62,594 nt of DNA, taken from Nitrososphaerota archaeon. Lineage in GTDB: Archaea; Thermoproteota; EX4484-205; JAAOZP01. This document shows, one piece after another, positions 1 through 8,064 of this stretch; the stretch's first letter is position 1; each line of letters opens with the position of its first letter. Below the pieces are notes generated by a model that was not told the origin of the DNA, did not search any database, and saw only the letters and a program-made list of their open reading frames with translations. A program made the position numbers and the translations under genes. The stretch covers positions 1-62,594 of the forward strand of contig JAAOZP010000015.1 of NCBI GenBank assembly GCA_011605725.1, in the 5' to 3' direction.

Positions 1-165
1 ATCCTCCAGCATCAGGTCAATAATCTCTTGAGGCATTAACCCTTTACAAACCTCGCAGTCGCATTCCTCAAACCTTATCGCAGGATCCCTAAGGTCGTAG
101 GACCATCCATCCCTATAGTAGCATCCGTGCTTAGCCTCCAGCGCGCGCTTAAAAGCTTCCCTCAA
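1..165 (-). CDS. Partial small hypothetical protein with a CxCxxC motif, runs off the window start
   Basis: Hand translation from TTG at 165: MREAFKRALEAKHGCYYRDGWSYDLRDPAIRFEECDCEVCKGLMPQEIIDLMLED, open to position 1. Confidence 0.35.
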   Translation of the reverse strand, partial: MREAFKRALEAKHGCYYRDGWSYDLRDPAIRFEECDCEVCKGLMPQEIIDLMLED

Positions 166-192
166 CTATAGTTCTCAAGTTTTTCAAAAATA

Positions 193-247
193 TGAGATTG
201 AGGCTCGAGTCCCGCAGGGGTTCGTGGGTTTGAATCCTATCCCAGCA
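193..247 (+). pseudogene. Degenerate 3' portion of a tRNA-Leu(GAG)-like gene, possible att-site remnant
   Basis: TGAGATTGAGGCTCGAGTCCCGCAGGGGTTCGTGGGTTTGAATCCTATCCCAGCA has an anticodon-loop-like TTGAGG, variable arm CCC-GCA-GGG and T-arm GTGGG-TTTGAAT-CCTAT; no 5' half upstream. Confidence 0.55.
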
Positions 248-433
248 TTCCTAAACCAGCCACATGGTGACTTCATCCTCGCAAACGTCTATGCTGCCAA
301 GCTTGTAACCTGCAACTCACTCTGTCAGCTCCTTCTGATGATTCTGCTACCTAAGAACGGTTTGTTTTTATAGTGTGCTATTCAAAATGCTTAAAAGCGG
401 TATGCTAAAAATCCTAGACCGGGGTTTAGGAAT

Positions 434-841
434 ATGGCTGTGGAAGAGTGTGTCTTCTGCAAGATTGTCCGGGGAGAGTTGCCGTCTTGGAAGATTGTGG
501 AAAACGACTCTGTACTAGGCATTTTGGACACTAACCCTACTGCTGAGGGTCACTGTCTAATTATCCCGAAACGGCATGTTCGATACTGGCATGACTTAAG
601 CGACACGGAGACAGCCGTTGTTTTCAACACTGCTAAGACGGTCGCCCAAAAAATAAAAAAGGTCTTTAAACCAGACTTTGTATGCGTCTTTATCCGTGGC
701 GGGCGAGTCAGGCATGCTCACATAGTGTTATTTCCATCTCAGGAAGGCGATAAACTGAGCGGTTTTCCGCAATCAGTCTTAGGAATCACTAAAATCAACT
801 TTGACGATGTACGGATGAAATTAGCCGGCACGGAGTTGTAG
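434..841 (+). CDS. HIT family nucleotide hydrolase
   Basis: CVFCKIV N-terminus, GHCLIIPKRH, variant triad RHAHIVLFP. Confidence 0.9.
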   Translation: MAVEECVFCKIVRGELPSWKIVENDSVLGILDTNPTAEGHCLIIPKRHVRYWHDLSDTETAVVFNTAKTVAQKIKKVFKPDFVCVFIRGGRVRHAHIVLFPSQEGDKLSGFPQSVLGITKINFDDVRMKLAGTEL

Positions 842-1141
842 AACGCAACCAGCCTGTTCTTAACCTCGATGCTATGGCTGAAGCTTTCCACAATGCCGCG
901 TGTTAACTGGAAGTTCTCTAGGCTTCATTCAGGCAGCGCGCGTGAAAAGCATTTCATCCTATTCCTGCTGACGCAGACTGATGCCCCAATTTTTTCTAGA
1001 CGCGTAGGTTATTTTCTGTTGACTGCCCTACTGGTGTTCCGAAGCTTTAGCGCGCGCTAAAATCTGTTTTTCCGCTTGGAAACCATTCTCTCTGAAACAA
1101 GCTGCCTTCTATCCTCCGTGCTCGTGTCCTTTCAAGTCTTA

Positions 1142-2731
1142 TTATCGTTTTACTAGCGATTTTAACCAGCACCGGAAATAGTATAATTCACGCAACAGTC
1201 TTTTAAGACGCGTTTGCATTACTGGAGACTCTGTTTCCATTAGAATCCTCCTCGTTAACTCTATAAAATTGGAAATCCTGCTTATGTATTCGGCGTATGC
1301 GCTTTGAGAAAAATCCTTAGGATCTATTTGTTCGTAGAGCTCGAAGAACTGGGCTAGTTCACTGCGTTCGTAGAAATTTTTGCAGAAAATTATCATCTCG
1401 GGTTCTAAATCTGCTTTAGGGTTCCATAATAACTGGGCGTATTGGAATACTGTAGGAGAAGTAAACGTGTAAAAGTAATCTTTGTCTAAGCCCACTACAA
1501 AAGTAGTTATAGCGCGAATCCCTTTCTCCAAATAATAGTTGAGTTCTTGCTTCATGATGCCTCCGAATTGGGGTAGTCTTCCAAGCAAATCTTTAAAACG
1601 TTCTCTTCCGAAAAGAGAAGAATCCAGCCAATAGCCAAGTACTTGTGCTTCCTTTGGATTAAAAATCTTTAAAGCTTCTTCTATTTGAGGAATAACTATA
1701 TTTTTATTTAACTCGCAAGCGGGATCGCAGATGGCATGGGAGAAGCATTGATGAATAGGCGCTATTTCTAAGAAAATTCCATCCAATGGTTTAACTTTTA
1801 TAGGCGGTTCCCAAGTACTAAAATATTGAATGAAAGCTAGTCTAGCTTTAGGTCTAACCTCTCTTATCACCTGCAACATCCGATTCGTAAAAATGAGTAC
1901 TTGGTCAGATAACGAAAGGTTACGGTCCTGCTCACAATCGCAATGGGTTAAAGGCCTATCTGCCGGCCACAAGAAGAAATCGTTTATTTCTGAAGGCACT
2001 AGTTCTAGAAATTCTTTAAGACGCTTTTTGCTTATTTCTAACTCATTCTGGTCAACAGTGCAAAATTTCGATCCGAAGAAATGTATTTCCAGATTAAAGT
2101 CTAAACCCCTCTTTGCCAGAAGAGCTAGAATCTGATTTAGAAGTTCATGTCTGTTCTTTATCCGGTTCACGGCACGTGTTGGCAGTAAACCAGTATCTTG
2201 GATATGAAGCGCCAGCGTGTTAAGCTTAACCTTAGCCATAAAATCTATCCAATCATAGAGAGCCGTATTGTCGAAGTCAATAACTATCCCTCTCTTCACA
2301 AACGCGGGCGACTCCTTAATGTTCAGCCCTTCTATCACTATGTCTTCTCTCTTTGGCACATATTCATTCTCTTCTCCAGGAAAATACCATCTTACACCAA
2401 GCAGCTGGAGGTAATGATAAGCTCCGAACAGCGTTGCCCTGCTCGTCTTTCCCAGGATAAGCAGCATCTCGCCTATTCCCCTTATAATAAAACCATCATC
2501 ACCCAGTTCCTCTAACTCTTTTAAAATCTCGTTAACAAGAGATCCGTCCAGATTAGCGGGTAAAGTCCCAACATAAATCGCTTTTCGGGCTTCTTGTTGC
2601 GTAGAGACAACAATCTTATTACTGCTCATTTTAGCTAGATACTTCGCCAATTCTTCCGCTGCAAACTTTTCTGTTTGATCAGGCTCTTTTGGCAATACTA
2701 TGATAACTTCATTATTTCTATCTTTTAACAT
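1142..2731 (-). CDS. DUF4838-like putative glycoside hydrolase with GH67/GH20-like N-terminal domain
   Basis: FAAEELAKYL, DDGFII, RATLFGAYHYLQLLGVRWYFPG, ESPAF..RG; ATG at 2731 preferred. Confidence 0.7.
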   Translation of the reverse strand: MLKDRNNEVIIVLPKEPDQTEKFAAEELAKYLAKMSSNKIVVSTQQEARKAIYVGTLPANLDGSLVNEILKELEELGDDGFIIRGIGEMLLILGKTSRATLFGAYHYLQLLGVRWYFPGEENEYVPKREDIVIEGLNIKESPAFVKRGIVIDFDNTALYDWIDFMAKVKLNTLALHIQDTGLLPTRAVNRIKNRHELLNQILALLAKRGLDFNLEIHFFGSKFCTVDQNELEISKKRLKEFLELVPSEINDFFLWPADRPLTHCDCEQDRNLSLSDQVLIFTNRMLQVIREVRPKARLAFIQYFSTWEPPIKVKPLDGIFLEIAPIHQCFSHAICDPACELNKNIVIPQIEEALKIFNPKEAQVLGYWLDSSLFGRERFKDLLGRLPQFGGIMKQELNYYLEKGIRAITTFVVGLDKDYFYTFTSPTVFQYAQLLWNPKADLEPEMIIFCKNFYERSELAQFFELYEQIDPKDFSQSAYAEYISRISNFIELTRRILMETESPVMQTRLKRLLRELYYFRCWLKSLVKR

Positions 2732-2922
2732 TCCTAAACCCAAAATACCGCAAACGGGGAATTATTAAAAATTTTTATTAAAACACTGAGGTATTGCACG
2801 CGAACCAGGATATTCCGTTTCACAGCGCGCGCGCTTTTCACAGAACCGTTTCCTCTATGAAGCTTGCACAATTTAACGGTAAGCTTATATTTTAACCATT
2901 GACCTCTCATAGAGGAGGGTAA

Positions 2923-4206
2923 ATGAGCAAAATAACTATTTCTGAAACTCAAGACTATTTCTTAAAAGAAGGTGAGAAATTCTTCTATCTTGCAGATACC
3001 TGCTGGAGTGCTTTCACCAACCCGACATACGATGAATGGGAGTACTATCTTGAATATAGAAGAATGCAGGGGTTTAACGTTCTGCAAATAAACATGCTTC
3101 CTCAACACGATAGAAGCCTTTCGGAGAACTATATCGATCCTTTTGAAGTGCTTCCTGATGGTGGATGGGACTTTAGCCGGAGGAACGAGAAATACTTCGA
3201 TAGAGCGGAAAAGATGGTTGAAATGGCGGTTGAACATGGCTTCACGCCAGCGCTGGTAGTATTATGGTGTAACTATGTTAAGGGAACATGGGGTTCAAAG
3301 ATAAACCCGTCCAGGATCATTCCGAGGGATAAGCTGGAGGAGTATGTGAGCTACGTGGCGGAGAGATATAGTAGGTATAACCCTATTTTCATAATAAGCG
3401 GGGACACGAATTTCGAAACCGAGGACTCCGTGGATTATTATAATTCTGCGCTTGAAACAGTTAAGAAAATATCGTCGGGCTCTTTAACCACTATGCATTT
3501 AAGTGGGGGACTATGGGAGATACCGGAAACACTCGTTAAATCGCCAAACTACGATTTCTACATGTACCAGTCGGGGCATGTGAAGGAGCACCAGCATCTT
3601 TCATACGAGCTTGCCCAAAGGTTTTACAATATGCCGGTTAAGAGACCCGTGGTGAATGGTGAACCATGCTATGAAGGAATAGGTTCAATAGGATCCTACG
3701 GTAAGTATGGAAGGTTCAGCAGCTTCGACGTTAGGAAGGCTGTGTGGCAGAGTCTTCTTTCAGGAGCTAAAGCAGGAGCAGCCTATGGGGCTCACGGCGT
3801 ATGGTCATGGCAGAAAGAATACGAATATCCGATGGAATATGCGGAAGTTCACGGTGCCCCCTATCATTGGGCTACGGCATTAAGATTCCCAGGAGCATTC
3901 GACGTTGCTTTTGCCAAGTGGGTTTTCGAGAAATACGACCTCTTTGACATAAAACCTGCTAACGATAAGCTTCTGAACGAAACTACTGAAATAAGAGTTG
4001 CAGAAGGAAAAGACAAGATGCTTGTTTACACCCCCTTCAGCACTAAGATAAAGCTGAAGATCGACGAGCTATACAATAAATGGGAGGGAATAGATTTCGA
4101 ATCAAGAAGAATCTTTAAACCGGTGTTGGAGAAAACAGAAAACTTTTTAGAGATAAAGATGGCCGGGTTTAACAACGATCTTCTGATAATTGGGAGTAAA
4201 CCCTAA
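2923..4206 (+). CDS. DUF4038 / apiosidase-like (GH140-type) glycoside hydrolase
   Basis: FFYLADTCW, RRMQGFNVLQ, DFYMYQSGH, PVVNGEPCYEG, YGAHGVWSW; SD-like GAGGAGG upstream. Confidence 0.8.
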   Translation: MSKITISETQDYFLKEGEKFFYLADTCWSAFTNPTYDEWEYYLEYRRMQGFNVLQINMLPQHDRSLSENYIDPFEVLPDGGWDFSRRNEKYFDRAEKMVEMAVEHGFTPALVVLWCNYVKGTWGSKINPSRIIPRDKLEEYVSYVAERYSRYNPIFIISGDTNFETEDSVDYYNSALETVKKISSGSLTTMHLSGGLWEIPETLVKSPNYDFYMYQSGHVKEHQHLSYELAQRFYNMPVKRPVVNGEPCYEGIGSIGSYGKYGRFSSFDVRKAVWQSLLSGAKAGAAYGAHGVWSWQKEYEYPMEYAEVHGAPYHWATALRFPGAFDVAFAKWVFEKYDLFDIKPANDKLLNETTEIRVAEGKDKMLVYTPFSTKIKLKIDELYNKWEGIDFESRRIFKPVLEKTENFLEIKMAGFNNDLLIIGSKP

Positions 4207-4380
4207 ACAAAGCCGTTAGGCGTGCGTCGGCTAGGCTGCTATGAGCGCGCGATACATATGCAACACCATCCCCTTTTTTACTAAACTCCCGCAATTTTAA
4301 GCTTTGAAATTGCATAAAAACAGACGATAGATGCAGCGAGAAGCCTAAAACCTCAACGTTTAACCGTTAAAATTGGCGAG

Positions 4381-4456
4381 TAGCGGGGGGTCGATTTGAA
4401 CGACCGATCTCAGGGTTATGAGCCCTGCGGCATAGACCTGGCTAGCCCACCCCGCT
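4381..4456 (-). tRNA. tRNA-Met(CAT), initiator
   Basis: Cloverleaf with AGCGGGG/CCCCGCT acceptor (A1:U72) and anticodon arm CAGGG-CTCATAA-CCCTG with three consecutive G-C pairs. Confidence 0.95.
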
Positions 4457-4810
4457 ATGTTTTTCTATATTTGTTTCTTTTTGCTTATTCTGCTACTCCG
4501 AAATAGGGAGTTTAGGTGGCGAGTATATAAAGTTTTTGCCGCGGTTTACGCTTTAAGTGGGCGGCTTGTTGTTTTCCTCTTGGGTTAAAGAGGTGATCGA
4601 TATCGACTTTCAGACTGCTTTCGTGTATTTGGCCACTAGTACATAATCTAAGGGCGAGGGAGGTATAGGGTTTTCCACCATGGCCGCTAGCCTTTATAGT
4701 CGCATGGTTATGGTTCTTGGTTTAATTCTCGGCTTTTTACGTGTGCGACTTATGGCTGCATCAGAGTCTTCCTGTTTATCGACCCCTTTTTACGTCGTTT
4801 AAAAGGGTTT

Positions 4811-4856
4811 CAGAAAAGTTTATAAACTACGTTTACGTTAACGTAGTAGTAAACGT
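4811..4856 (+). promoter_or_regulatory. BRE/TATA promoter of the wHTH-wHTH-nurA-herA operon with a putative operator (ACGT array and palindromes)
   Basis: CAGAAAAG-TTTATAAA at 4811-4826, then ACGTTT ACGTTA ACGTAG TAGTAA ACGT; includes perfect palindrome TACGTTAACGTA; TTG start at 4856 implies a near-leaderless transcript. Confidence 0.6.
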
Positions 4857-5329
4857 TGAAGGGGATTAGGGTGGTCTACAGGAAGGGTTCAAGCGAGGTT
4901 GAGATAACTGGAGACAATGTTAACGATGTTAAAGAGATGATCAAGTATATTCCAGAGATATACCTGGAGCTTGAGAAGACTGAGAATAGGCTGGCTGAGT
5001 TAAAGTCGACGCTGAGCCTTATACCTGGCTTTGTTAAGTATGATGAGGAGGGTAAGCCGATACTGTCTGTTAGAGAAGAGTTTCTAACGAGCAGGGAAGC
5101 GATAATTCTCATCCTGAAGTTTGCTGAGAACGGTCTTAAGTCGAGCGAGATAGGGGAGCAGCTTAGTAAAAGCGGCATAGTTTCAGTAGGCTACCCGTCT
5201 AGGCTCTCGGAGATGCTTAGGGAGGGGATTGTGACAAGGAACGAGCTTGGCAACTATGTTCTTACGGAGAAGGGGAAGATAATTGCCGACGAGATAACAA
5301 CCAGACTTGAAGAGGTGTCTTTAAGATGA
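4856..5329 (+). CDS. Hypothetical protein with C-terminal winged helix-turn-helix
   Basis: LKSSEIGEQL...SRLSEMLREGIVTRNELGNYVLTEKG wHTH/wing pattern. Confidence 0.75.
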   Translation: MKGIRVVYRKGSSEVEITGDNVNDVKEMIKYIPEIYLELEKTENRLAELKSTLSLIPGFVKYDEEGKPILSVREEFLTSREAIILILKFAENGLKSSEIGEQLSKSGIVSVGYPSRLSEMLREGIVTRNELGNYVLTEKGKIIADEITTRLEEVSLR

Positions 5330-5844
5330 GTGGGTCGTTAACAATCAGGCTTGAAATACCTGATAAGAATATTAAGGTGGAGTTTACAGGCGACGAGAAC
5401 ACAGTAATGAGAGACCTTTTTAAGTTTCTTTCAAACGTTTATCCCCGTTTAACTATTGTCGACAAGATAGTTTACACACCTGACTTAGAGGCTCTTCTTT
5501 CAGCGATATCTCAACACATAAGGATAAGCAGCGGCGACATAATTCTTCTAGGAGAAGAGTCGAAGACGACTGAGAGTAAAATCCTCTACCTGCTTGCAGG
5601 CTGCTACGCTGCTTCAAGATTTGGTTTACGTGAGAAAAGCAGTGTGAGTATTGAGGAGATGGTTAGAATGGTTACGAACATTTCCAAGAAGACTATTCAA
5701 AACACTTTGGTCGACCTTGTTAAGAAGGGGCTTGTGCTTAGGCAAGCCAGAGGGATGTTCGAAATATCGGTTAAGGGCATAATGTTTCTTTCAGGGGGTG
5801 TTGAGGGTGAAAAAGCAGTCGACAAGCCTAATCCCACTGGCTGA
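5326..5844 (+). CDS. Hypothetical protein with C-terminal winged helix-turn-helix, likely paralog of the upstream gene
   Basis: ATGA overlap with upstream gene; VSIEEM...TIQNTLVDLVKKGLVLRQARGMFEISVKG; shared N-terminal VE(I/F)TGD motif. Confidence 0.75.
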   Translation: MSGSLTIRLEIPDKNIKVEFTGDENTVMRDLFKFLSNVYPRLTIVDKIVYTPDLEALLSAISQHIRISSGDIILLGEESKTTESKILYLLAGCYAASRFGLREKSSVSIEEMVRMVTNISKKTIQNTLVDLVKKGLVLRQARGMFEISVKGIMFLSGGVEGEKAVDKPNPTG

Positions 5845-6658
5845 TCTAAAACAGCGTCGAGATTCTCATGTCGTAGAAGGGAGAGAGATAAGGATTAAAA
5901 TAAGCCGGGCTGATGAGTTTAAACTCGGCAGAACTATAAGCATAGATTTCGAAGAGGTATCTTCCATGAAAAGCATCGTTGCGGTAGATGTCTCAACTGT
6001 TAAGATAGGGATAAGTAGGCTGGGCGAGGTTCATGCCATCAGGGGCTCAACCGTTTTAAAAGAGCGGGGAACAGTGAAGATAAATAGAACTAGACCGATG
6101 ATAGTGCTTGGTAGCATTTCCGACAGCCAGGTTTCTTTCGAATTGGAGGAGCAGTTAAAGAGCATCGGTTCAATCAGGAATTCGATAATGCTGCTTGATG
6201 GGGATTTGAACGGGATGATGAACGTGAGCAGACCGCTTGGGCTCTCGGGTCTTCTCACGTCCGCCTGCAACACTTTAATATCGGTTTCAAAAGGCTTCGT
6301 AGACCCGTTCATACGTTTACCTGAGGATTTCGATGCTTCTCCGTTTGTAAGCGAGATCCTTAACGGAAGAAGCCCGCGAGAATATTTGGTTAGGCTTAAG
6401 CCCGGAACCCCCCTGTTGAAGATTGAGGTATACCCGGAGGTTGAGCTTGAGGAGATCAGTAGCCTACTGGCCTCTCTCATTCTTATTGATGGTGTTGACT
6501 ACGGTTATCCTGAAGCATTGAGGATCGCCCACATATATTCTAAGATACTTCCTGTGGAAGTATTAACGTTGAAATGCGTCCTGCAGAAGAGGTTTGGAAT
6601 AGAGGTTTTAAGGGAAATAGACAATAGGAAAATGCTTCTGGGAGGCTTCTGGAGTTGA
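5798..6658 (+). CDS. nurA: NurA-family nuclease (exact start uncertain)
   Basis: IVAVDVS, LLDGDL, ISVSK, GYPEALRIAHIYSKI motifs. Confidence 0.8.
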   Translation: MLRVKKQSTSLIPLADLKQRRDSHVVEGREIRIKISRADEFKLGRTISIDFEEVSSMKSIVAVDVSTVKIGISRLGEVHAIRGSTVLKERGTVKINRTRPMIVLGSISDSQVSFELEEQLKSIGSIRNSIMLLDGDLNGMMNVSRPLGLSGLLTSACNTLISVSKGFVDPFIRLPEDFDASPFVSEILNGRSPREYLVRLKPGTPLLKIEVYPEVELEEISSLLASLILIDGVDYGYPEALRIAHIYSKILPVEVLTLKCVLQKRFGIEVLREIDNRKMLLGGFWS

Positions 6659-8064
6659 TAACGATTCTGCGAAAGAACAGGGTGACGTACGAGCTTCTGG
6701 AAACCCCTGGCAGGGATAGGATCGTTGGAAGCTACTTAATACTGCTGGATAACGTTACTCGGAGAAGGCTTCTTCTTCAGATAATAGATGTTAACTATCT
6801 TAGTATTCCTGGCGAGATAGAGGAGATAATACGGATAAGCAAGAGGGAGGAGTCCTACCAGGTTTTCGAGGAAGATGAAAACCTTAAGAAGATACTTGAC
6901 GAGCTGATGGATTCCAGAATATTAATATGCAAGGTTCGCGCAGCCTTTTCGCTTGATGATGAGACTATAGATTTTCAATGGGCTCCTTCAAGAATGAAAT
7001 CAAGAATCTATGAGCCGAGCGCAGAAGAGTTGAACGGGTTGATTACGAGCAAGTATGCAATACCAGTTAAGATCAGCGATGAAGTAAAGATAGATTTGAA
7101 TGCTTTAGACGGAGGCTTAACCCTGATAATCGGTAAGAAGGGCTCAGGCAAGTCTAATCTTTCTAAAACATTGATAGCAAAAATTCTGGAGCACGGTGGG
7201 CGCTGCGTAGTCTTCGACATAAATGGAGAGTATGAACCAGTTGCAATGAGAGATAGGTTTCTGGTCTTAAAACCAGGTGAAAACATGTTTCTCGACATAT
7301 CTGGACTCGGGAAGGAGCTTTTCATAAATCTTATGGAAACCATTATGGGGTTACCCTCCTCTTCAGTCTGGGAGCTAAGGCGAATATTGGACAGTCTTGA
7401 GAACAGGAATATGCTGAATCTTAAGAGTCTCTGGAACGAAATAGTTTGTGGAAGAATTAATGATCTCGTCAAGGAGGCGCTTCTCAGAAGGATAACTGTC
7501 TTGAGGGAAAGCGGGTTGTTCAGTGATTCCGATGCGACAGACTTGAACAAAGTTTTTAAAGAGGCATCGAACAAAGCTTTAGTTATAAACCTGAAGGGCC
7601 TGCCGAAACCCTTTAGACAATTGATAGTTGAAACAGTGCTGAACAAGACTGTTAGGATGCTGGAGAACGGTGAAATAAAACCGCTCTTCCTGTTCGCGGA
7701 GGAAGCGCAGTCATATTTGGATGAAAAAGCATGGGAGGACTATATAACTCGGATGAGACATATCGGGTTATCTGTTGTTTTCATAACTAATGAGCCGGAT
7801 AGCTTAATGAGCTTCGTGTATAGACAGGCCGACAACTGTTTCATATTCAACTTGGTTAATGAGAATGATTTGAACTATATTTCAAAAATGTCTAAAATAG
7901 ACGCTGAATCGCTTATCAGCCTCGTGCCCACTCTGCCCATCGGCAAGTGCCTGGCGTTTGGAAACATTACTGGAAATATACCAATCATGCTAAACATACG
8001 TAGAGAAAACGTGTTCGGAACCGGGGAAACTAGAAGGGTGCTTCTAGCTGTCCCTAGAGGCTGA
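6655..8064 (+). CDS. herA: HerA/FtsK-superfamily ATPase (DUF87)
   Basis: Walker A GKKGSGKS, VFDINGEY, Walker B LFLFAEEAQ, arginine-finger-like MRHIG; TTGA overlap with nurA. Confidence 0.85.
   Translation: MITILRKNRVTYELLETPGRDRIVGSYLILLDNVTRRRLLLQIIDVNYLSIPGEIEEIIRISKREESYQVFEEDENLKKILDELMDSRILICKVRAAFSLDDETIDFQWAPSRMKSRIYEPSAEELNGLITSKYAIPVKISDEVKIDLNALDGGLTLIIGKKGSGKSNLSKTLIAKILEHGGRCVVFDINGEYEPVAMRDRFLVLKPGENMFLDISGLGKELFINLMETIMGLPSSSVWELRRILDSLENRNMLNLKSLWNEIVCGRINDLVKEALLRRITVLRESGLFSDSDATDLNKVFKEASNKALVINLKGLPKPFRQLIVETVLNKTVRMLENGEIKPLFLFAEEAQSYLDEKAWEDYITRMRHIGLSVVFITNEPDSLMSFVYRQADNCFIFNLVNENDLNYISKMSKIDAESLISLVPTLPIGKCLAFGNITGNIPIMLNIRRENVFGTGETRRVLLAVPRG

Noticed and set aside
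869-1060. 63-aa ORF between HIT and DUF4838 genes
   Set aside because: No recognisable motif; crosses palindromic intergenic elements; probably spurious.
4680-4802. 40-codon hydrophobic ORF MAASLYSRMV in the tRNA-iMet/wHTH spacer
   Set aside because: No clear promoter or motif; cannot be told from chance.
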